DNA from: Glycera tridactyla
Lineage: Eukaryota
NCBI GenBank assembly: GCA_965644265.1
Contig: OZ286471.1
Coordinates: 94,054,001 to 94,118,000 of the forward strand
Direction of reading: 5' to 3'
Length of the DNA stretch: 64,000 nucleotides
Shown here: positions 51,611 to 62,620 of the stretch, piece by piece
How the letters are laid out: each line of letters starts with the position of its first letter
Position numbering within the stretch: the stretch's first letter is position 1
The notes under the pieces: model-generated
What the model was told of the DNA's origin: nothing
Seen by the model: the letters and a program-made list of their open reading frames with translations, nothing else
The model's database searches: none
Program-made: the position numbers and the translations under genes

Positions 51611-53241
51611 TATACCCCGCTTTTGAAAAAGCTGGGTATAATAGTTTCACCTCCGGCGTCCGTACGTACGTACGTCCGTCCGCTCACATTTCATGCAATA
51701 ACTTTGAATTGGCTGGTCCAATTTTCATATAACTTTATAACTGTGATCTATGAAAAAATTGTATTCGAGAATTTGATTTTCGTACCCAAAGGTCAAAGGT
51801 CGAGGTCACAGGAGCTATTTATAGATTTTCTTATTTTACACTCTAACTCAAGTTAGCCTCAATGGATATGCACCAAACTTACATAAAGTAATGATCCAAT
51901 GTTGGGCCACCTCCCTTTTGATGCATGTGACCCTAGGTCAAAGGTCAAGGTCACAGGAGCTATTTATAGATTTTCCCATTTTACACTCTTACTCAAGCGC
52001 GCTTAGATGGATATGCACCAAACTTACTCAAAGTAATGACCTAATGGTAGGCCGCCTCCCTTTCGATGCATGTGACCCCAGGTAAAAGGTCGAGGTCACA
52101 GGAGCTATTTATAGATTTCCCCATTTTACACTCTAACTCAAGCGAGCTCTGATGAATATGCACCAAACCTACACAAGGTAATGACCTAATAGTAGGCCAC
52201 CTCTCTCTCGATGCATGTGACCCCAGGTCAAAAGTCAAGGTCACAGGAGCTATTTATAGATTTCCCCATTTTACACTCTAACTCAAGCCAGCTTTGATGG
52301 ATATGCACCAAACCTACACAAAATAATGACCTAATGGTTGGCCACCTCTCTTTCGATGCATGTGACCCCAGGTCAAAGGTCAAGGTCACAGGAGCTATTT
52401 ATAGATTTCCCCATTTTACACTCTAACTCAAGCTAGCTCTGATGGATATGCACCAAACTTACACAAAGTAATGACCTAATGGTAGGCCACCTCTCTTTCG
52501 ATGCATGTGACCCCAGGTCAAAGGTCAAGGTCACAGGAGCTATTTATAGATTTCCCCATTTTACACTCTGATTCAAGCCAGCTCTGATGGATATTCACCA
52601 AACTTACACATTGTAATGACTTGATGGTAGGCCACCTCCCTTTCGATGCATATGACCCCATGTCAAAGGTCAAGGTCACAGGAACTATTTATAGATTTTC
52701 CCATTTCACACTCTAACTCAAGCGAGATGGATATGCATCAAACTTACACAAAGTAATGACCTAATGGTAGGCCACCTCCTTTACGATGCATTTGATCCTA
52801 GGTCAAAGGTCAAGGTCACAGGAACTATTCATAAATTTTCTCATTTCACACTCCAGCTCAAGCTTGCATTGATTGATATGCACCCTGCGTCAAAGGTCAA
52901 GGCCATAGGAGCTATTTTTAAATTTCCGCATCTCACACAATCACTCAGGCTAGCATTGTTGGATGAAGATCAAACTGATCTGGGATGATCAAGCAATGTT
53001 ACAACATCTCTCTTACAATGCATGTGACCCTAAGTCATAGGTCAAGGTGAATGTTTTAGGTGCTACTACATATGTATTAGATTTTCTTATTCTACACAGT
53101 GATCCAGTGACTTATTACATAGCCAACCAAACATCTCAATGACCTTTTCAGATATGGGTTACCCACTGTGCTCCAGTGTGCGATATGGGTTACCCACTAT
53201 GCTCCCGTGTGCGGGGTATATTGCCCCTCTGTGGCCTTGTT
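51611..53241 (+). mobile_element. Second copy of the HINE element at 34611 (about 8 satellite units)
   Basis: Same termini, microsatellite and 145-bp core (unit starts at 51936, 52081, 52226, 52371, 52516); about 410 bp shorter. Confidence 0.85.
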
Positions 53242-53268
53242 GTTTGTTCATACGATGTGATGGAATCA

Positions 53269-53780
53269 CATCATGATCTCCTGATCGAGGTCACTGGTCA
53301 TCATGATGTCCTAATCGAGGTCACTGGTCATCATGATGTCCTAATCAAGGTCACAGGTCATCATGATGTCCTAATCAAGGTCACTGGTCATCATGATGTC
53401 CTAATCAAGGTCACTGGTCATCATGATGTCCTAATCAAGGTCACAGGTCATCATGATGTCCTAATCAAGGTCACTGGTCATCATGATGTCCTAATCAAGG
53501 TCACTGGTCATCATGATGTCCTAATCAAGGTCACTGGTCATCATGATGTCCTAATCAAGGTCACTGGTCATCATGATGTCCTAATCAAGGTCACTGGTCA
53601 TCATGATGTCCTAATCAAGGTCACAGGTCTTCATGATGTCCTAATCAAGGTCACTGGTCATCATGATGTCCTAATCAAGGTCACTGGTCATCATGATGTC
53701 CTAATCAAGGTCACAGGTCATCATGATGTCCTAATCAAGGTCACAGGTCGTCATGATGTCCTAATCAAGGTCACAGGTCA
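53269..53780. repeat. Minisatellite, 30-bp unit (CATCATGATGTCCTAATCAAGGTCACTGGT), 17 copies
   Basis: Direct periodicity. Confidence 0.97.
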
Positions 53781-54396
53781 ACTTGCAGCTTTGCACACTT
53801 GACTGCTGTGTCATGGTAATACACAGGCTCTGATTCACTCATATAACATAGGATTTCACTCACAAAGACGGATGACATTTGAGGAGATATATCAGGACCA
53901 ATATCCATCGTGATTAGCAACATTCATATTTTATACTTCGATGCATATTCCTGAGAATCATCTGCAAACAATTGGCACCACAATAGAAGGCGAAGCGACT
54001 GTAGGTGAATAGGCGCCTCATGGTAGGATCAAGAAGTTTGAGCAAAACAAAAGAGTGCACACACTAAATTGCTCATTTGAGTCGGTCATTGAGTGAATGA
54101 ATATCTGCACAAAACTTAGCATGAGAGGGACAGTGACTCTCGACATGTTTCCAAAGTTTGATGGAAAGTCTAGCTTCTTGCGAATCTTTCCAAGGATAAA
54201 CTTGTTCTTTCCCATTTCAAACACATCTATCATCCCGCCCCAAGCACCAAATCTGGAGGCACTTTGAGGATGATGGCTTGATGGGTCATGTACTCATGCC
54301 TGATTGATGATTCAAAATAAATCCTAATTCATCAATTCCTGAAATAGGCGAGGATTCCTAACACTGATTAAGTCCTCCATCTTTGTTTTTTTCCAG

Positions 54397-54552
54397 GGCC
54401 AGAAGTTTGATCAGTTGAATGAGCGTCTCAGCGAGTGGAGTCAAAATGGCCTTCCCAGCATGCCCGAGCTCGTCTGTATCGGACAACGAACCTTCAAAGA
54501 AAGCGATTTTGAGTTGGCGGGACACTGGGAGGATCTGGTACAAGGAGCAAGG
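54397..54552 (+). CDS. PLEKHG5: PLEKHG5-like RhoGEF exon: GQKFDQLNERLSEWSQNGLPSMPELVCIGQRTFKESDFELAGHWEDLVQGAR
   Basis: Acceptor ctttgtttttttccag|GGC and donor AGG|gtacgt, 52 codons, phase 0-0. Matches recalled PLEKHG5 motifs [21 protein letters not shown] and LEDSWRELIDG. Confidence 0.9.
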
Positions 54553-57500
54553 GTACGTAGAGAATATAGGGAAAATATCATAACAAGAAATCATGGGGCG
54601 GGACACTGGGAAGATCTGGTACAAGGAGCAGGGGTACGTAGAGAATATAGGGAAAATATCATAACAAGAAATCATGGGGCGGGACACTGGGAGGATCTGG
54701 TACAAGGAGCAGGGGTACGTAGAGAATATAGGGAAAATATCATAACAAGAAATCATGGGGCGGGACACTGGGAAGATCTGGTACAAGGAGCAGGGGTACG
54801 TAGAGAATATAGGGAAAATATCATAACAAGAAATCATGGGGCGGGACACTGGGAAGATCTGGTACAAGGAGCAGGGGTACGTAGAGAATAAAGGGAAAAT
54901 ATCATAACAAGAAATCATGGGGCGGGACACTGGGAAGATCTGGTACAAGGAGCGGGGGTACGTAGAGAATATAGGGAAAATATCATAACAAGAAATCATG
55001 GGGCGGGACACTGGGAGGATCTGGTACAAGGAGCAGGGGTACGTAGAGAATATAGGGGAAATATCATAACAAGAAATCATGGGCCGGGACACTGGGAAGA
55101 TCTGGTACAAGGAGCAGGGGTACGTAGAGAATATAGGGAAAATATCATAACAAGAAATCATGGGGCGGGACACTGGGAGGATCTGGTACAAGGAGCGGGG
55201 GTACATAGAGAATATAGGGAAAGTATCATAACAAGAAATCATGGGGCGGGACACTGGGAAGATCTGGTACAAGGAGCAGGGGTACGTAGAGAATATAGGG
55301 AAAATATCATAACAAGAAATCATGGGGCGGGACACTGGGAAGATCTGGTACAAGGAGCGGGGGTACGTAGAGAATATAGGGAAAATATCATAACAAGAAA
55401 TCATGGGGCGGGACACTGGGAGGATCTGGTACAAGGAGCAGGGGTACGTAGAGAATATAGGGAAAGTATCATAACAAGAAATCATGGGGCGGGACACTGG
55501 GAAGATCTGGTACAAGGAGCAGGGGTACGTAGAGAATATAGGGAAAATATCATGACAAGAAATCATGGGGCGGGACACTGGGAAGATCTGGTACAAGGAG
55601 CAGGGATACGTAGAGAATATAGGGAAAGTATCATAACAAGAAATCATGGGGCGGGACACTGGGAAGATCTGGTACAGGGAGCAGGGGTACGTAGAGAATA
55701 TAGGGAAAGTATCATAACAAGAAATCATGGGGCGGGACACTGGGAGGATCTGGTGCAAGGAGCAGGTGTACATAGAGAATATAGGGAAAATATCATAACA
55801 AGAAATCATGGGGCGGGACACTGGGAGGATCTGGTACAAGCAGCAGGGGTACGTAGAGAATATAGGGAAAATATCACAACAAGAAATCATGGGGCGGGAC
55901 ACTGGGAAGATCTAGTACAAGGAGCAGGGGTACGTAGAGAATATAGGGAAAATATCATAACAAGAAATCATGGGGCGGGACACTGGGAAGATCTGGTACA
56001 AGGAGCGGGGGTACATAGAGAATATAGGGAAAGTATCATAACAAGAAATCATGGGGCGGGACACTGGGAAGATCCGGTACAAGGAGCAGGGGTACGTAGA
56101 GAATAAAGGGAAAATATCATAACAAGAAATCATGGGGCGGGACACTGGGAAGATCTGGTACAAGGAGCAGGGGTATGTAGAGAATATAGGGAAAATATCA
56201 TAACAAGAAATCATGGGGCGGGACACTGGGAAGATCCGGTACAAGGAGCAGGGGTACGTAGAGAATAAAGGGAAAATATCATAACAAGAAATCATGGGGC
56301 GGGACACTGGGAGGATCTGGTACAAGGAGCAGGGGTACGTAGAGAATATAGGGAAAATATCATAACAAGAAATCATGGGGCGGGACACTGGGAAGATCTG
56401 GTACAAGGAGCGGGGGTACGTAGAGAATATAGGGAAAATATCATAACAAGAAATCATGGGGCGGGACACTGGGAAGATCTGGTACAGGGAGCAGGGGTAC
56501 ATAGAGAATATAGGGAAAATATCATAACAAGAAATCATGGGGCGGGACACTGGGAAGATCTGGTACAAGGAGCGGGGGTACGTAGAGAATATAGGGAAAA
56601 TATCATAACAAGAAATCATGGGGCGGGACACTGGGAGGATCTGGTACAAGGAGCAGAGGTACGTAGAGAATATAGGGAAAATATCATAACAAGAAATCAT
56701 GGGGCGGGACACTGGGAGGATCTGGTACAAGGAGCAGGTGTACGTAGAGAATATAGGGGGAATATCATAACAAAAAATCATGGGGCGGGACACTGGGAAG
56801 ATCTGGTACAAGGAGCAGGGGTACGTAGAGAATAAAGGGAAAATATCATAACAAGAAATCATGGGGCGGGACACTGGGAAGATCTGGTACAAGGAGCGGG
56901 GGTACGTAGAGAATATAGGGAAAATATCATAACAAGAAATCATGGGGCGGGACACTGGGAAGATCTGGTACAAGGAGCAGGGGTACGTAGAGAATAAAGG
57001 GAAAATATCATAACAAGAAATCATGGGGCGGGACACTGGGAAGATCCGGTACAAGGAGCAGGGATACGTAGAGAATAAAGGGAAAATATCATAACAAGAA
57101 ATCATGGGGCGGGACACTGGGAAGATCTGGTACAAGGAGCAGGGGTACGTAGAGAATATAGGGAAAATATCATAACAAGAAATCATGGGGCGGGACACTG
57201 GGAGGATCTGGTACAAGGAGCAGGGGTACGTAGAGAATATAGGGAAAATATCATAACAAGAAATCATGGGGCAGGACACTGGGAAGATCTGGTACAAGGA
57301 GCAGGGGTACGTAGAGAATATAGGGAAAATATCATAACAAGAAATCATGGGGCGGGACACTGGGAAGATCTGGTACAAGGAGCAGGGGTACGTAGAGAAT
57401 AAAGGGAAAATATCATAACAAGAAATCATGGGGCGGGACACTGGGAGGATCTGGTACAAGGAGCGGGGGTACGTAGAGAATATAGGGAAAATATCATAAC

Positions 57501-59412
57501 AAGAAATCATGGGGCGGGACACTGGGAGGATCTGGTACAAGGAGCAGGGGTACGTAGAGAATAAAGGGAAAATATCATAACAAGAAATCATGGGGCGGGA
57601 CATTTGGAGGATCTGGTACAAGGAGCAGGGGTACGTAGAGAATATAGGGAAAATATCATAACAAGAAATCATGGGGCGGGACACTGGGAGGATCTGGTAC
57701 AAGGAGCAGGGGTACGTAGAGAATAAAGGGAAAATATCATAACAAGAAATCATGGGGCGGGACACTGGGAGGATCTGGTACAAGGAGCAGGGGTACGTAG
57801 AGAATATAGGGAAAATATCATAACAAGAAATCATGGGGCGGGACACTGGGAGGATCTGGAACAAGGAGCAGGGGTACGTAGAGAATATAGGGAAAATATC
57901 ATAACAAGAAATCATGGGGCGGGACACTGGGAGGATCTGGTACAGGGAGCAGGGATACGTAGAGAATATAGGGAAAATATCATAACAAGAAATCATGGGG
58001 CGGGACACTGGGAAGATCTGGTACAAGGAGCAGGGATACGTAGAGAATATAGGGGAAATATCATAACAAGAAATCATGGGGCGGGACACTGGGAGGATCT
58101 GGTACAAGGAGCAGGGGTACGTAGAGAATATAGGGGAAATATCATAACAAGAAATCATGGGGCAGGACACTGGGAAGATCTGGTACAAGGAGCAGGGGTA
58201 CGTAGAGAATATAGGGAAAATATCATAACAAGAAATCATGGGGCGGGACACTGGGAGGATCTGGTACAAGGAGCGGGGGTACGTAGAGAATATAGGGAAA
58301 ATATCATAACAAGAAATCATGGGGTGGGACACTGGGAGGATCTGGTACAAGGAGCAGGGGTACGTAGAGAATAAAGGGAAAATATCATAACAAGAAATCA
58401 TGGGGCGGGACACTGGGAGGATCTGGTACAAGGAGCAGGGGTACATAGAGAATATAGGGAAAATATCATAACAAGAAATCATGGGGCGGGACACTGGGAG
58501 GATCTGGTACAAGGAGCGGGGGTACATAGAGAATAAAGGGAAAATATCATAACAAGAAATCATGGTGCGGGACACTGGGAGGATCTGGTACAAGGAGCAG
58601 GGGTACGTAGAGAATATAGGGAAAATATCATAACAAGAAATCATGGGGCGGGACACTGGGAGGATCTGGTACAAGGAGCAGGGGTACATAGAGAATAAAG
58701 GGAAAATATCATAACAAGAAATCATGGGGCGGGACACTGGGAGGATCGGTACAAGGAGCGGGGGTACGTAGAGAATATAGGGAAAATATCATAACAAGAA
58801 ATCATGGGGCGGGACACTGGGAGGATCTGGTACAAGGAGCAGGGGTACGTAGAAGTGGCGGGGGTCTCTCATCACCATCGCCATCGTTGTTGTCGTTGCA
58901 GAACAGAGTAAATCTGCATGGGCTAATATGTCACAATTACCACCACCAATAATAGCTATGGATATGGAGAATATAGGGAAAATATCATAACAAGAAATCA
59001 TGGGGCGGGACACTGGGAAGATCTGGTACAAGGAGCAGGGGTACGTAGAGAATAAAGGGAAAATATCATAACAAGAAATCATGGGGCGGGACACTGGGAA
59101 GATCTGGTACAAGGAGCGGGGGTACGTAGAGAATATAGGGAAAATATCATAACAAGAAATCATGGGGTGGGACACTGGGAGGATCTGGTACAAGGAGCGG
59201 GGGTACGTAGAGAATATAGGGAAAATATCATAACAAGAAATCATGGGGCGGGACACTGGGAAGATCTGGTACAAGGAGCAGGGGTACATAGAGAATATAG
59301 GGAAAATATCATAACAAGAAATCATGGGGCGGGACACTGGGAGGATCTGGTACAAGGAGCGGGGGTACGTAGAGAATATAGGGAAAATATCATAACAAGA
59401 AATCATGGGGCG
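54516..59412 (+). repeat. Minisatellite, 81-bp unit = last 37 nt of the exon + donor + first 44 nt of the intron, about 59 copies
   Basis: The unit GGCGGGACACTGGGAGGATCTGGTACAAGGAGCAGGG|GTACGTAGAG... starts inside exon 54397-54552. Confidence 0.97.
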
Positions 59413-59867
59413 TGGAGAATATAGGGAAAATATAATGTATGCTCCCTGATTAGCACCCAGGTGGTTATTTGTTTGATATTCCCTGATGGGCGATAGTGAG
59501 GTATTTTGGCAAACATATGCCTTGAGTCTGGTCTGAATCCTGATACAACGATATGAAATGTTATTTTCAACAAAAAGCACATCATTCATTGAAACTGCTG
59601 AAAAAGCAGCGGCCGGCACGTGTATTGCCTTCAAGCGATATCTAGAAAGAGAGATCTTCACAAGAAATTGCACTTCCCTTGCGCCAAATACAGCTAGAGA
59701 GAAAAGATAATGTGGAAGCCTGAATGGTTAGTTAACACCCAATCTGAGATGAGATCGCTGAATGTCTGACTCAGCCTCGCTTACACACGAATAATTCCAC
59801 TTGTATCTTTACTAATCTTCAAACTATCTCTGAAACCATCGCTAAATGTACATATATTACCTCACAG

Positions 59868-59963
59868 AACCTGACAAAGAAGGAACGGACGCAGCAGGAA
59901 CGAATCTGGGAGATTCTGAAAACGGAGGTGGAGTACATTAAACGACTTGGCGTGATACGTGAT
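59868..59963 (+). CDS. PLEKHG5: PLEKHG5-like RhoGEF exon, start of DH domain: NLTKKERTQQERIWEILKTEVEYIKRLGVIRD
   Basis: Acceptor attacctcacag|AAC and donor GAT|gtaagt, 32 codons. Classic DH helix-1 motif QExIWEL(I)xxTExxYIxxL; recalled PLEKHG5 sequence is [29 protein letters not shown]. Confidence 0.93.
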
Positions 59964-62170
59964 GTAAGTATATCCTTCAACTTAACCCGCTGAATTAACA
60001 CTCGGGAAATTCTGTTGATTGAGCTGTTGAGCTTGTACGGCTGCCCTTCAAAAGCTGGCAGAAATGGGGGAGATAGATATAGATAGATTGTTACTCTTCA
60101 TTTTGATTTTCATGATTTCAAACAATCACACATTTGTTTTTACTGAGCATATACGGGGTGGACAAATACCTACAGTCAGACAGACACCCAGATACCCCCG
60201 TTGACCATTCAGTCAAATACAGGTACTAATTTTTGAGAGCTGTGGTCTGTTTCATTGAATAGTTGAATCTGTCTTAAGCAGCCACTTTCTGATTCTTGGC
60301 TAGGGCATTTTTCACTGTATTATGGGACCACCTGTATTAAGGGACCACTTTAAGTTTTCCGAGGGTGGTTACTTATATTACAGGTCATACTGTATCACAA
60401 TGAGAAGGTTCCAAATTGAGGCCTTGGATGCAAAGTTGGGAAGAAACAGAGACGGGGGGAGGGGGGGGGGCATAATAACACATCATCATGATGTAAGATG
60501 TGTCTGACGTTGGCATGGTTCTGTCTTCATTACGTCGTCGTCGTCGTCGTCACAGTTAATGAGCTGAGATTAATGGTCTTAATAGAGCAGAGTGACCTGT
60601 GATGGATCAATCAATCAAGCAATAATTAGAATGAACATGATAGTAATAAGGACAACAAGGAGAAAACCAACAGCAAATATTGAGTTAACAACACCAACAA
60701 CCAGCACAGCAACAACCTGATCATCCTCATCCTTCTTTTGTTGTCGATGTCATGATGATGATCATCATCAGCATCAGCATTGTCATTGTCATCGTCATCG
60801 CCATCACCATCATCATCACCATCGCCATCGTTGTTGTCGTTGCAGAACAGAGTAAATCTGCATGGGCTAATATGTCACAATTACCACCACCAATAATAGC
60901 CAAGTACCTATTCACACCTGAGTGAAGAGGAGTGGTGGGGCATAATGGTTTTATTCAGTGACCTCCATACAGGTATATCCTATGTGAGAAGCACAGATTA
61001 GATTTATGTAATGGCGCAGCAGGTCAAGTATTGACTGGCCAATGATGGCCGATTAAGGTCACCCATTCAACTGGGAGCCCCCCTCGGTGTTGCATAACAA
61101 TACTGTGCAGTGGAAGCTAGCATGTGTGCAGGTCTGTCCATGTATATGTGCTGAGATGGTCGGAGAGTATGATACAGTCAAACCTGCGATGAGAGACCCC
61201 CTGACAAGAGACCACTTCCACTTCCACATAGCATGACAGCTCCTCTATTTGTCATAGTTATAGACCACCTCTTCTGAGAGACCACTTTTCAGTGACATCT
61301 AGGGTGGTCTCACATCGCAAGTTTCACTTCCTCACAATCAGTGACTGTCATTTTCTGCTGACGATTCCTCACACGGCGCGCAGAGTGTCAAATGTGAATC
61401 CCAGTACAGTGAAATCTGTGACGAGATCCCCTGACAAGAGACGACTTCCGACATGCAGAGCAGCCTTTTTTATTTGACTTAGCCAAATATACCTCGAATA
61501 TACCTAGAGATAACCTCGTTTGAGTGGTCACTTTTCGGTGACATTTATGACAGTCCCGCGTCGCAGGTTTCATTGCGTCTCATTGGTCAGCTTTTTTTCG
61601 TAATACTCATTTTTTGCTGATGATCCTTCACGCTAGTGACAAATATAATCACCAATACTTCATAAGATTTTGTGGCATACATTTGTGCTCAGTATTCCTC
61701 AATACCGTTGGAACCTATAGGTGAGGGTAAAACAAGTGATGATCCCTACAGATTTACACAAATCCATTGATCCATCCGTCTATTTCCCATTTTCACATTC
61801 ACTTCTACTATCTAGCAATCCTGGATGTATCACAAACTGATACATGTAATGTGTTTCCTCATTTCAAGTACAGTCAAACCTATCACAAACTGATAATGTG
61901 TTTCCTCATTTCAAGTACAGTCAAACATGTCTATGAAGACTGCCTTCGGTCGCATAAAAAAGTGGCCTTCATATACAGGTGGTCTTCATAGGATGGTTAT
62001 TTACTGTTGAAAATGCTACCACAGTCACAGCTCAAGGTGGTCTTTATGGAGAGGTGGTCTCTAGAGCTGGTTTGACTGTACTGCGCTTTGCTAAAAATGA
62101 AGCATTGCTATCAGGCTTGAGTGTCAGCTTCTATCCAGTTACGTAGTTAGATATGCCATCATCATGTTCA

Positions 62171-62345
62171 GGTAGAGGTGTTTCTGAACTATCAGCTACT
62201 TTCACCTTTAGGTTCCCCATCATCTTGTGTTCAGGGTTTGTGTTGGTGATGTCTGCAGGGGACAGATCATCTGGCTTTCATTGACCAGGAATACATGGCA
62301 TACCTTGTCCCCTGGGTTGATAGATGCCATGAAACTTCAATCAAT
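62171..62345 (+). mobile_element. SINE-like dispersed repeat (GGTAGAGGTGTGTCTGAACTGTCAGCTAC...CCATTAAACCTCAA tail); other copies near 6850, 10650, 11900, 16605, 17580
   Basis: Collinear similarity among six loci, with an (AAAC)n or (TCAA)n tail in some copies. Class inferred from the tail only. Confidence 0.55.
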
Positions 62346-62620
62346 CACAGTGATATAAATGTGAAACTTGTCCTAATCATAAGGCTGGGGAATGGGGGGC
62401 AAAAACTGGCTGCTTAGGTCGAGTCCATGCGTGAATTATAGTGGAAAATGCTCGGGCACGATTATCAAAAATGTATTATCTTGGGCAACTTCTTGCTGAG
62501 TAAAAGTCCTGCTAGTAAAATGTTCTTTCCCTGTCATTTTGAACGGGTTATGGCTTCACCTGAGATGATCCTGAAGTGTATTCCATGCATTTTCTCGCGT
62601 CTCTTAGTCATGTTTGACAG

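Noticed and set aside
54358-58737. 514 and 941 aa minus-strand ORFs
   Set aside because: Antisense translation of the 81-bp array; the real gene is on the + strand.
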